The notes under the pieces are model-generated. The model ran no database searches. It was not told the DNA's origin and saw nothing but the letters and a program-made list of their open reading frames with translations. Made by a program: the position numbers and the translations under genes. Below are positions 36,502 through 44,957 of a stretch of 62,218 nucleotides of DNA, piece by piece (positions within the stretch are counted from its first letter, which is position 1; each line of letters opens with the position of its first letter). Source of the stretch: Solirubrobacteraceae bacterium (GTDB lineage Bacteria; Actinomycetota; Thermoleophilia; Solirubrobacterales; Solirubrobacteraceae); assembly GCA_036259975.1 (NCBI GenBank), contig DATAAR010000058.1, forward strand, positions 1 to 62,218. The letters run 5' to 3'.

Positions 36502-37662
36502 CTACGCCGGCGACTCGACGCCGACCGGCTCCGTCGCGGCGAAGACCATCGTGGAGTGCACCAAGCCGATCCCGAGCGCCGCCTGGCGCCCGCCGGCGAG
36601 GATCAGCCGCTCCGCCGCGTCGAGCGTCGTGTCGATGCGCGCGAGCGCCTCGCCGGCCGGGCCCGGGTCCGGGTCGCGGCTCACGGTGCGTGCCATGGCG
36701 ATCCAGGGGAGGGCGCGCGCGGGGTCGCGCCGGCCGTCGCCCGAGACGAGGGCGGCGAAGCCCATGTGCAGGTAGGTCGCGGCGCGCAGCAGGCGCCCGT
36801 TCACCGGGCGCACCTGCGGCACGCGCGGCGGCCGCGGCTCCGGGAGCGGCCGGCCGTCGAGCACCGCGGCCATCGTGCCGCCCGCGAGCATCCGCAGCTC
36901 CGCGTCGTCGAGCCCGGCCACGAGCGCGCCGATGCGCAGCGCCTGGTACAGGGAGAAGGCGGGCCGGCCGTACGGGGCGTCGGAGGCGAACACGACCCGC
37001 TCGGCGGGCACGCGCGCGAACAGCTCGATGACGTCGAACGGCGACAGGCACGACGTGTCGTACAGCGCCGTGGGGTGGTCCGCCAGCCGCGTGGCGAACA
37101 TCCCCTGGCCGGCGATGGCGGCGTGCGCCAGCACGAGCGAGACGTCGGGATGGCGCAACGCCACGTCGGCCAGCGCATCCATCGGTCCCATCCCGCGCCC
37201 GGCGTGCACGAGCAGTGGGACGCCGGCCTCGGCCGCGACCGCGAAGATCCCGTCCGCGGCCTCGATCCCGAACTCGAACGCCTGCGCGCGGGGGTGCAGC
37301 TTGATCCCGCGCGCACCGCGCTCCAGGCAGCGGTGGGCCTCGCCGACCGGGTCCTCGGCCGGGTCCAGGCGACAGTACGGCAACACCCGGCCGCCGCTCT
37401 GCCCGGCCCACTCGAGCACGCGGTCGTTCGGGCGCCGGTAGCCCGGGTGGCGGTCGGGGTCGTGCAGAGGGAACGTGCACGCCCGCGCGTCGGGCGACAC
37501 CTCGTCGAGCGCGGCGATCAGCGCGTCGAGCTCGAGCGACTGCCCGTCCTCGTCGACGCCGAGGTGCGTGTGCGCGTCGAGGACCGCGGTGTCCGCCGGC
37601 AGCAGTACGCGCGCCTCCTCGCGGAACGGCGCGTAGGCCGTCCGTCCGACCGAGTCCCCCAC
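36502..37662 (-). CDS. amidohydrolase-2-family metal hydrolase with an uncharacterised C-terminal extension of about 110 aa
   Basis: 386 aa: VLDAHTHLG, GIKLHPRAQ, PLLVHAG, VVFASDAPYG. The last 110 aa or so (RPPRVPQVRPVNGRLLRAATYLHMGF...) match nothing I recognise. Confidence 0.75.
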   Translation of the reverse strand: MGDSVGRTAYAPFREEARVLLPADTAVLDAHTHLGVDEDGQSLELDALIAALDEVSPDARACTFPLHDPDRHPGYRRPNDRVLEWAGQSGGRVLPYCRLDPAEDPVGEAHRCLERGARGIKLHPRAQAFEFGIEAADGIFAVAAEAGVPLLVHAGRGMGPMDALADVALRHPDVSLVLAHAAIAGQGMFATRLADHPTALYDTSCLSPFDVIELFARVPAERVVFASDAPYGRPAFSLYQALRIGALVAGLDDAELRMLAGGTMAAVLDGRPLPEPRPPRVPQVRPVNGRLLRAATYLHMGFAALVSGDGRRDPARALPWIAMARTVSRDPDPGPAGEALARIDTTLDAAERLILAGGRQAALGIGLVHSTMVFAATEPVGVESPA

Positions 37663-37665
37663 GGA

Positions 37666-38718
37666 CTACCTCCCCACCAGTGCGTCGAGTGCGGCGGCCA
37701 CGTCAGCCTCGGTGTTGTACACGTGCCACGAGGCGCGCATGCGCCCGCCCCTCTCGGCGGCGACGATGCCCGCCGCCTCGAGCCGCTCGCGCGCGCCGGG
37801 CACCTCGGCCGACACGATGGCCGAGTCGCTCGGCTCGAGCCCGAGCCCGGCGCGGAACCGGTTCGCCAGCCCGACGTCGTGGGCGTGGATGGCCTCGACG
37901 CCGATCCGGTTGACGAGCTCGAGCGCGGGCTGCGTGCCGACCCAGGAGAACCACGCCGGCGAGCTGTCCAGCCGGCGCGCGCTCGCGGCCAGGCGCAGCG
38001 GCGGGCCGAAGTACGAGGCGTGCACGTCCTCGCCGGCGTACCAGCCCGCGGCCCCGGGGACGATCCGGTCCAGGTGCCCGGGGCGGACCGTCATGAACGC
38101 GGTGCCGCGCGGCGACATGAGCCACTTGTAGGCGTGGCACGCGACGACGTCGAAGCGCGAGGCGTCGAGCGGCAGCCACCCGCAGGCCTGCGTGGCGTCG
38201 ACGACGGTCAGCGCGCCGTGGGCGGCCGCGGCCGCCGCGATCGCCTCGAGGTCGGCGACCTCGCCGGTGGCCATCTGCACCGCGCTGAACGCGACGACGT
38301 CGGTCGACGCGTCGATCTCCCCGGCGAGGTCCGCGGCCTCCACGAGCCGCAGCCGCACGCCGCGGCGCTCCTGGACCATGAACGGGAACAGCAGCGACGC
38401 GAAGTCGACCTCCGGGGCGACGACGCGCGCGCCGTCCGCGATCGACGCCGCCACCAGGCCGATCAGCTCGGAGACGGTCGCGCCGATCGCGACCGTCTCC
38501 GGCGCCACGCCGACGAGCGCCGCGAACGCCACCCGCGCGCCCTCCGCGCTGTCGCCCCAGTGCTCCCAGCTCGTCCGCCCGCCGCGCCAGTCCTCGAGCG
38601 CGGCCTGCAGCGCGTCCCACGCACTGTCGGGCGGGAGCCCGTAGCTCGCGGTGTTCAGGTAGGCGCCGTGCGGTCGCCATTGGGCTCGGGCGTCGGCGAT
38701 CTCGAGGCGCTCGGGCAT
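37666..38718 (-). CDS. class V aminotransferase-fold PLP enzyme (cysteine desulfurase/selenocysteine lyase-like)
   Basis: 350 aa from MPERLEIADARAQW...YLNTASYGLPP...DATQACGWLPLD...VVACHAYKWLMSPRG (PLP lysine). It is the C-terminal part of the 1689 aa track ORF. Confidence 0.8.
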   Translation of the reverse strand: MPERLEIADARAQWRPHGAYLNTASYGLPPDSAWDALQAALEDWRGGRTSWEHWGDSAEGARVAFAALVGVAPETVAIGATVSELIGLVAASIADGARVVAPEVDFASLLFPFMVQERRGVRLRLVEAADLAGEIDASTDVVAFSAVQMATGEVADLEAIAAAAAAHGALTVVDATQACGWLPLDASRFDVVACHAYKWLMSPRGTAFMTVRPGHLDRIVPGAAGWYAGEDVHASYFGPPLRLAASARRLDSSPAWFSWVGTQPALELVNRIGVEAIHAHDVGLANRFRAGLGLEPSDSAIVSAEVPGARERLEAAGIVAAERGGRMRASWHVYNTEADVAAALDALVGR

Positions 38719-38829
38719 CGGCGGGACGGTAGACGACCGGTGAATGCGCGCGGTTCTGCCGCCCGCCCCAGTGGCGACGTGCGGGTAGCCGTACCTAAGG
38801 CCGCGCCGTCCGTTCCTACTCTCGGTGCC

Positions 38830-39564
38830 ATGAACCTTCCCGGCCCTCTGCTCGTCTCGGCCGCAGACATCACCCGCATCTACGGCGAGGGCGAAGCCGC
38901 CGTCCGGGCGCTGGACGGCGTGACCGTCGGCTTCCCGAAGGGTCGCTTCACGGCGATCATGGGCCCCTCCGGCTCCGGCAAGTCGACCCTCATGCACATC
39001 CTGGCCGGCCTGGACCGGCCGACCTCGGGCTCCGTCGTCCTCGACGACGTCGAGATCACCAAGCTCGACGACCGCAGGCTCACGGAGCTGCGGCGCGAGC
39101 GCGTCGGCTTCGTGTTCCAGTCGTTCAACCTCCTGCCGGTCCTCGACGCCCGCGAGAACATCGTGCTGCCGCTGTCGATCGCGGGCAAGCGCCCCGACGC
39201 GGAGTGGCTCGACAAGCTCATCGCCACCGTCGGCCTCGGCGACCGCCTCGACCACCGCCCGTCCGAGCTGTCCGGCGGCCAGCAGCAGCGCGTCGCCGTG
39301 GCGCGCGCGCTGGCGTCCAAGCCGGCCGTCGTGTTCGCCGACGAGCCGACCGGCAACCTCGACTCGAAGTCGTCCGCCGAGCTGCTCGAGCTGCTGCGCC
39401 GCTCGGTCGACGAGTTCGGCCAGACGGTCATCATGGTCACGCACGACCCGACCGCCGCGTCGTACGCGGACCGGCTGCTCGTCCTCGCCGACGGGCGCAT
39501 CGTCCACGACGGCGAGGCGAACACCGCCGAGGACGTCCTGGACCTCATGAAGGCGGTCGGCTGA
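38830..39564 (+). CDS. ABC transporter ATP-binding protein (MacB/LolD-type)
   Basis: 244 aa: Walker A GPSGSGKSTL, Q-loop FQSFNLLP, signature LSGGQQQRVAVARAL, Walker B VVFADEPTGNLD, H-loop VTHD. Confidence 0.9.
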   Translation: MNLPGPLLVSAADITRIYGEGEAAVRALDGVTVGFPKGRFTAIMGPSGSGKSTLMHILAGLDRPTSGSVVLDDVEITKLDDRRLTELRRERVGFVFQSFNLLPVLDARENIVLPLSIAGKRPDAEWLDKLIATVGLGDRLDHRPSELSGGQQQRVAVARALASKPAVVFADEPTGNLDSKSSAELLELLRRSVDEFGQTVIMVTHDPTAASYADRLLVLADGRIVHDGEANTAEDVLDLMKAVG

Positions 39565-39567
39565 CGC

Positions 39568-42114
39568 ATGCGCAAGGTCGCGCTCCGCGGGCTGTTCGCC
39601 CGGAAGCTCCGGCTCGTGCTCACGGCGCTGGCCGTCGCGCTCGGCGTGACGCTCATCGCCGGCACGTACGTCTTCACGGACACGATCAACCGCTCGTTCG
39701 ACAGGATCTTCGCCGAGTCGGCGAAGGGCACCGACGCATCGGTCACGCCGGCCAAGGCGATCGACACCAGCGACAACGGCGGCACGCAGCCGACGATCCC
39801 GGTCTCCGTGCTGCGCCAGGTCCGCGCGCAGGACGACGTCCAGAGCGCCGACGGCTCGGTCTTCGACGTCGGCACCGTCCTCGGCAAGGACGGCAAGCGC
39901 ATCGGCCAGGGCGGCGCGCCGAACTTCATCGCGTCCGTGGCCGACCAGCCGCGATTCGACGCCTTCACGGTCAAGCAGGGCCGCAAGCCGCGCACCCCCG
40001 ATGAGGTGACGATCGACGCGTCGACCGCGCGCAAGCAGAAGTTCGAGCTCGGCGACAAGATCGCCGTCGTCGCGACCGCGCCGCGCAAGGACTACACGAT
40101 CGTCGGCTTCACGCAGATCGCCGGCGTCGACTCGTTCGGCGGCGCGACCGTCGTGGACATGCAGCTGCCCGAGGCCCAGCGCATGCTGGGCAAGACGGGC
40201 TTCGACCAGATCCAGGTCGCGGCCAAGCCCGGCGTTACGCCCGAGGAGCTGCGGGACGAGCTGCGCTCCGAGCTCTCGCGTTCGGTCGAGGTGCGCACGG
40301 GCCAGGAGGAGGCGCGCAAGCAGTCCTCGGACATCCGCGACAACCTCGGCTTCCTCACGACCGCGCTGCTCGTGTTTGCCGGCATCTCGCTGTTCGTGGG
40401 CGCGTTCATCATCTTCAACACGTTCTCGATCACGGTGACGCAGCGCATGCGCGAGTTCGCGCTGCTGCGCACGCTCGGCGCCTCGCGCAGTCAGGTGATG
40501 CGCTCGGTCATCACCGAGGGTCTCACGATCGGCGCGTTCGGCTCGATCGTCGGGCTCGCGCTCGGGGTCCTCGTCGCAGGCGGCCTGCGCGCGCTGTTCA
40601 AGGCGGTCGGCGTCGACCTGCCCTCCGAGGGCAACGTCATCGCCTCGCGCACGATCATCGTCTCGCTGGTCGTCGGCACCGTCGTGACGCTGCTGTCGTC
40701 GCTCGCGCCGGCGCTGCGCGCCACGCGCGTGCCGCCGGTCGAGGCGCTGCGCGAGGGCGCGGTGCCGTCGGCCCACGGGCCGTCGCGCAAGGTCACCGTG
40801 GCCGGCGTCCTGCTCGGGGCGGTCGGGATCGGCCTGATGTGCATCGGCCTGTTCGGGTCGCTGTCGGACAACGCCGCGCTCAGCCTCATGGGCGGCGGCG
40901 CGCTGGCGACGTTCCTCGGCGTGGCGCTCACGAGCCCGTACCTCGTGCGGCCGCTGGCCTCGCTGGTCGGCCGGCCGTTCGAGCGCACGCGCGGCATCAC
41001 CGGCCGCCTGGCCCGCGAGAACACCATCCGCCTGCCCGGCCGCACGGCGGTGACGGCGGCCGCGCTGATGGTCGGCGTCACGCTCGTCACGTTCGTGTCC
41101 ATCTTCGCGTCGGGGATCCGCGAGACGATCGCCAAGGCGGTCGACGACAACCTCACCGCGGCGTTCGTCGTCCAGAACACCGACGGCTTCTCGCCGTTCT
41201 CCGCCCGCGTCCTGCCGACGATCGCCCGGGTCGATGGCGTGAGCGAGGTCAGCGCCGTGCGCTTCAGCCAGGCCCGCGTGCAGGGCGTCGAGGGCGAGAC
41301 GCCGGTGTCCGGCATCGAGCCCGCCACGTTCACGCGCCTGTACCGGGTCAGCGAGGGCGCGGCCGCCATGCGCGCCCTGCGCGACGGCCAGACGGTGATC
41401 AGCAAGGACTTCGCCGACAAGGAGAAGATCGAGGCCGGCCAGACGCTGCAGGTCACGACCCCCGTCGGCCGCCGCCTGTCGCTGCGCGTGGCCGGGATCG
41501 CCGACGACAAGGGCGACATGACGACGTCGCTGACCGTCACGAACGACCAGATGCTCTCGGCGTTCGGCGAGCCGAAGGACGCGTTCGGCATGGTCCGGCT
41601 CGAGCCGGGCGCGAACGAGCCGCAGGTCCAGGCGCAGATGTCGCGCGTGCTCGAGCGCCAGTTTCCCGAGGCGGAGGTCCTGACCGCCGACGAGTTCAAG
41701 GACAACATCGCGGGCCAGGTCAACCAGCTGCTCTACCTGATCTACGCCCTGCTCGCGCTGGCGATCATCGTGTCGCTGTTCGGGATCGTGAACACCCTCG
41801 TGCTGTCGATCAGCGAGCGCACCCGCGAGCTCGGGCTGTTGCGCGCCGTCGGCACGACCCGGCGGCAGGTCAAGCGGGTCGTGCGCTACGAGGCGGTGAT
41901 CACGTCGCTGATCGGCGGCGTGCTCGGGATCGTGCTCGGCATCGTGCTGGCGGTGCTGTTCACGCGGCCGCTGGACGACTTCACGCTCAGCATCCCGGTG
42001 CCGTCGCTCGTGGTCGTGCTCGTCCTCGCCGGGCTCGCCGGCGTCGGCGCGGCGATCCTTCCCGCCCGCCGCGCGGCGAGGCTCGACGTGCTGGACGCGC
42101 TCGCCTACGAGTAG
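39568..42114 (+). CDS. ABC transporter permease with two FtsX-type modules (MacB-like, large periplasmic domains)
   Basis: 848 aa. It has two repeats, each a TM segment plus a large extracytoplasmic domain plus 3 TM segments. Each repeat has an FtsX-type motif (REFALLRTLGASRSQV and RELGLLRAVGTTRRQV). It begins 3 nt after the ATPase gene. Confidence 0.85.
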   Translation: MRKVALRGLFARKLRLVLTALAVALGVTLIAGTYVFTDTINRSFDRIFAESAKGTDASVTPAKAIDTSDNGGTQPTIPVSVLRQVRAQDDVQSADGSVFDVGTVLGKDGKRIGQGGAPNFIASVADQPRFDAFTVKQGRKPRTPDEVTIDASTARKQKFELGDKIAVVATAPRKDYTIVGFTQIAGVDSFGGATVVDMQLPEAQRMLGKTGFDQIQVAAKPGVTPEELRDELRSELSRSVEVRTGQEEARKQSSDIRDNLGFLTTALLVFAGISLFVGAFIIFNTFSITVTQRMREFALLRTLGASRSQVMRSVITEGLTIGAFGSIVGLALGVLVAGGLRALFKAVGVDLPSEGNVIASRTIIVSLVVGTVVTLLSSLAPALRATRVPPVEALREGAVPSAHGPSRKVTVAGVLLGAVGIGLMCIGLFGSLSDNAALSLMGGGALATFLGVALTSPYLVRPLASLVGRPFERTRGITGRLARENTIRLPGRTAVTAAALMVGVTLVTFVSIFASGIRETIAKAVDDNLTAAFVVQNTDGFSPFSARVLPTIARVDGVSEVSAVRFSQARVQGVEGETPVSGIEPATFTRLYRVSEGAAAMRALRDGQTVISKDFADKEKIEAGQTLQVTTPVGRRLSLRVAGIADDKGDMTTSLTVTNDQMLSAFGEPKDAFGMVRLEPGANEPQVQAQMSRVLERQFPEAEVLTADEFKDNIAGQVNQLLYLIYALLALAIIVSLFGIVNTLVLSISERTRELGLLRAVGTTRRQVKRVVRYEAVITSLIGGVLGIVLGIVLAVLFTRPLDDFTLSIPVPSLVVVLVLAGLAGVGAAILPARRAARLDVLDALAYE

Positions 42115-42409
42115 GTCGCAGGCGAGCGCCCCCGGCGTGGGCGTGTGCCTAGGACGCGCGCCGGCAGCATCACGAAGTAGGTGGAAGTGCGCATTGATCG
42201 CGCCGCCCGTCGTGTGGACCAGGACGACCCAGGCGGTCACCAGGCCGAGCGCCGCGAAGATCGAGCGCTGCACTCGCTGGCCTGGCGGCGGGCGGCGAGC
42301 GCCAAAAGCAGCGCGCTCGGGACCACGTCGACCGCGACGCGGAAGGGCGCTGCGCGCGCCCTCGCGGGGGACACTCGGGGCGGGGGCGCGCGCGTGCGAT
42401 GCTGTCGCC

Positions 42410-43225
42410 ATGGGGCTGCTGCCACTCGACGAGATCCGGCGCCGCCTGCAGATCACCGGGCAGTCGTATGCGGGCCTGCGCGAGGTGCCGCTCGACCGGA
42501 TCGTGGGGTCCGTGGACCGGAGCGCGGACTTCGGGCGCGACTTCGGCACGCGCCGCCTGCTCTCCGGGCCCCGGATGGCGGCGCTGCGCGCCGCATTCCC
42601 GGACGGCGACATGCCGCCGGTGGAGCTGTACGAGGTCGGCGGCCTGTTCTTCGTGTCGGACGGCCACCACCGGGTGGCGCTGGCGCGCGAGCGTGGAGCC
42701 GAGTTCGTCGATGCCGACGTCACGCTGCTGCACACGAACTACGAGCTGCCGCCGGAGGTCGACGTCGCCCAGCTCGTCCACACCGAGCAACAGCGGGTGC
42801 TGATGCAGGAGAGCGGCCTGGCCCGCGCCCGCCCCGAGGCGGCGATCGAGTTCGCGCGGCCGCGCGGGTACCCGGAGCTGCTCGAGGTGATCAAGGCGCA
42901 CGGGTTCGATCTGGCGCAGGACCGCGGCGGCGCGTTGCCGCCTGCCGAGGAGATCGCGGCCGACTGGTACGACCGCGTGTACCTGCCCGGCCTCGCCGCC
43001 GTCCGCCGCGCCGGGCTCGTCGAGGCACACCCGTACAAGACGGAGGCCGACCTGTTCCTGTGGATCTACGAGCGCCGGCGCGACCTGCGGGTGTTCGACC
43101 CGTCGGCGGACTGGGACGCCGCAGCGGCGTATGCGGCCCGCGAGGGCGTCGGCCGCCGCGACCGGCGCGTGATCGTGTCCGAGGCCGCGAAGCCCCTGCA
43201 CCGCCGTCCGCAGCGCAGACCATGA
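42410..43225 (+). CDS. ParB/Srx-fold N-terminal domain protein with uncharacterised helical C-terminal domain
   Basis: 271 aa from MGLLPLDEIRRRL. ParB-like core: VELYEVGGLFFVSDGHHRVALARERG. The upstream 91 codons of the track ORF are rejected. Confidence 0.65.
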   Translation: MGLLPLDEIRRRLQITGQSYAGLREVPLDRIVGSVDRSADFGRDFGTRRLLSGPRMAALRAAFPDGDMPPVELYEVGGLFFVSDGHHRVALARERGAEFVDADVTLLHTNYELPPEVDVAQLVHTEQQRVLMQESGLARARPEAAIEFARPRGYPELLEVIKAHGFDLAQDRGGALPPAEEIAADWYDRVYLPGLAAVRRAGLVEAHPYKTEADLFLWIYERRRDLRVFDPSADWDAAAAYAAREGVGRRDRRVIVSEAAKPLHRRPQRRP

Positions 43226-43641
43226 GCGAGTACGCGATCGTCGACCCGGATGACGTTCGTGACCAGTACGCCGGTACTGACGTGCCGGGCGAGTTCCGCC
43301 GCCTGACCGACGCGCTCGAGGCCGAGCAGCTCTCGGCCACGCTGATCCGCGTGCCGCCGCACTCCGACTTCGAGCAGGGCACCGGTCACTACCACGACGA
43401 GGTCGAGGAGCTGTACCTCGTCACCCGGGGCACCCTGACGATGCGCTTCGGCGACGACATCACGAAGGTCGGGCCCGGGGCCGCCGTCCGCGTCGCGCCC
43501 AAGACGCCCCGCTCGCACCGCAACGAAGGCGACGAGCCGGTCGAGATCTGGGCGATCTCGCGCAAGATCGACCGTTCCGACGCGACGAAGATCGATGACT
43601 TCTGGGAGGCGTCGCCGGACGCGCGGCAGCGCGCGGGGTAG
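43222..43641 (+). CDS. cupin-domain protein
   Basis: 139 aa: ...HSDFEQGTGHYHDEVEELYLVTRGTLTMRFGDD...GPGAAVRVAP...H (two-motif cupin pattern). ATGA overlap with the ParB-like gene. Confidence 0.75.
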   Translation: MSEYAIVDPDDVRDQYAGTDVPGEFRRLTDALEAEQLSATLIRVPPHSDFEQGTGHYHDEVEELYLVTRGTLTMRFGDDITKVGPGAAVRVAPKTPRSHRNEGDEPVEIWAISRKIDRSDATKIDDFWEASPDARQRAG

Positions 43642-43745
43642 CGGGGCGCGGCGCGCCCGGATCCACGGTCGCCGCCGCCGCGTGAACCCATCCGCCCGGG
43701 CCACTAGAGTCGCGCCGTCGGCTCATCGACCGGAGGAGAATCGAC

Positions 43746-43973
43746 ATGCCCGACGGTGTTGTGTTCGCGCTTCCGACGTTGACGTCGGGCGACATGAACC
43801 GAGACGACCAGGCGGCGCTGGTCGTCAACCAGGCGACGGCGGTGATCGTCGCCGCCTTCCTGGAGCACGCCTCGGCGAAGGTCGCTGCGAGTGGGAGCAC
43901 CACCGCTGGGACGAGCCACGCCGAGCTCATGTCCCTCATCAACGACGTGCAGGACGCGCTGAGGAGCTTCTGA
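43746..43973 (+). CDS. hypothetical protein (75 aa)
   Basis: The SD GGAGGAG lies 7 nt upstream and GC3 is high: MPDGVVFALPTLTSGDMNRDDQAALVVNQATAVIVAAFLEHAS.... No family recognised. Confidence 0.45.
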   Translation: MPDGVVFALPTLTSGDMNRDDQAALVVNQATAVIVAAFLEHASAKVAASGSTTAGTSHAELMSLINDVQDALRSF

Positions 43974-43984
43974 GCTCCGCCGCG

Positions 43985-44317
43985 ATGCTCGCCGCGAGCT
44001 TCGCGTGGCTTCCGACGTCGCCGGGCCCGCGGCTCGGCGCGCGCGCGGACGCTCGGGCGGAGTCGAGCGCGACAGCGGGCGCGTCGTCGTCGGCGGCGGC
44101 GTCGGCAAGCTCTAGCCTGGGAGCCGCCGCGGGCTCCACGGCGACGAGCGCCTCGACGGCCACGCATGAGGCCGAGCACTCGGCGCGCCTCGGCGGGCCG
44201 CGGCTGCTCATCGGCATCCCCGCCGGGATCGCCGCGCTGCTCGCGGTCCTGATCGCCGCGCTCCGCCGCCGCCGCCGTCGCCGCCGTCGTCGGATGCGGT
44301 GGCCGTGGTCGCGGTGA
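43985..44317 (+). CDS. hypothetical Ser/Ala-rich protein with C-terminal TM helix and deca-arginine tail (110 aa)
   Basis: GC3 is high: ...SSATAGASSSAAASASSSLGAAAGSTATSASTAT...LLIGIPAGIAALLAVLIAAL-RRRRRRRRRR-MRWPWSR. There is no clear SD or signal peptide, so the start is uncertain. Confidence 0.4.
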   Translation: MLAASFAWLPTSPGPRLGARADARAESSATAGASSSAAASASSSLGAAAGSTATSASTATHEAEHSARLGGPRLLIGIPAGIAALLAVLIAALRRRRRRRRRRMRWPWSR

Positions 44318-44407
44318 TCGCCGCGGCGCGACGCCCCACCTCGCGCCACGGGGCGCGGATCCTTTCCCCGAGCGATGAGTTCCGTGCCGTGCGAGAGTCC
44401 GTAGGCC

Positions 44408-44815
44408 ATGAGCGATTCCACACAGACCCCCACGACGGTCTCGGACATCGGCGTCGCGATGTTCACCGTCGCCGATCAGGACGCCGCGCTCGCGTTCTAC
44501 ACCGAGAAGCTCGGTTACGAGGTGCGTTCCGACGTCCGCTTCGGCGAGAGCGGCGAGATGCGCTGGCTCGAGGTGGCCCCGCCGGGCTCCCGCGCCCGCC
44601 TGGCGCTCAACCCGCCGATGCAGGGCCAGCCCGGCGGTGGCTCCATCGGCGTCGAGACGCCCGACGTCGTCGGCGAGCACGCACGGCTGAAGGCGATCGG
44701 CGGCATCGACGTCGACCCCGAGCTGATGCGCTCGCCCGGGGCGCCGGTGATGTTCGGCCTGCGCGATCCCGACGGCAACAACATCTGGGTCGTCGAGGCA
44801 TCGCCCGCCGCGTAG
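44408..44815 (+). CDS. VOC-family (glyoxalase/bleomycin-resistance fold) protein
   Basis: 135 aa: IGVAMFTVADQDAALAFYTEKLGYEVRSD...RWLEVAPPG...FGLRDPDGNNIWVVE. Confidence 0.8.
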   Translation: MSDSTQTPTTVSDIGVAMFTVADQDAALAFYTEKLGYEVRSDVRFGESGEMRWLEVAPPGSRARLALNPPMQGQPGGGSIGVETPDVVGEHARLKAIGGIDVDPELMRSPGAPVMFGLRDPDGNNIWVVEASPAA

Positions 44816-44957
44816 GCGGCGTCTCGCGCTGAACGGCCGCGCGGCCCGCGCTCGTCGCCCTCGAGGTGACCAGGCGGCCGCGCGCCGGGCGGCGCCGGGA
44901 CCTCGTCTCGCCCAACCGACGCGGGGCGCTGAACCGCGCGGCCGATCGAAGCCTCGC

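Noticed and set aside
38719-42735. The N-terminal ~1340 codons of the 1689 aa minus-strand track ORF (37666-42735).
   Set aside because: Only the last 350 codons (37666-38718) look like a real protein, a class V PLP enzyme. The rest is Arg/Gly/Asp/Glu-rich and low-complexity, and it runs antisense to the well-supported ABC ATPase and permease genes. This is a typical stop-codon-poor artefact of GC-rich DNA.
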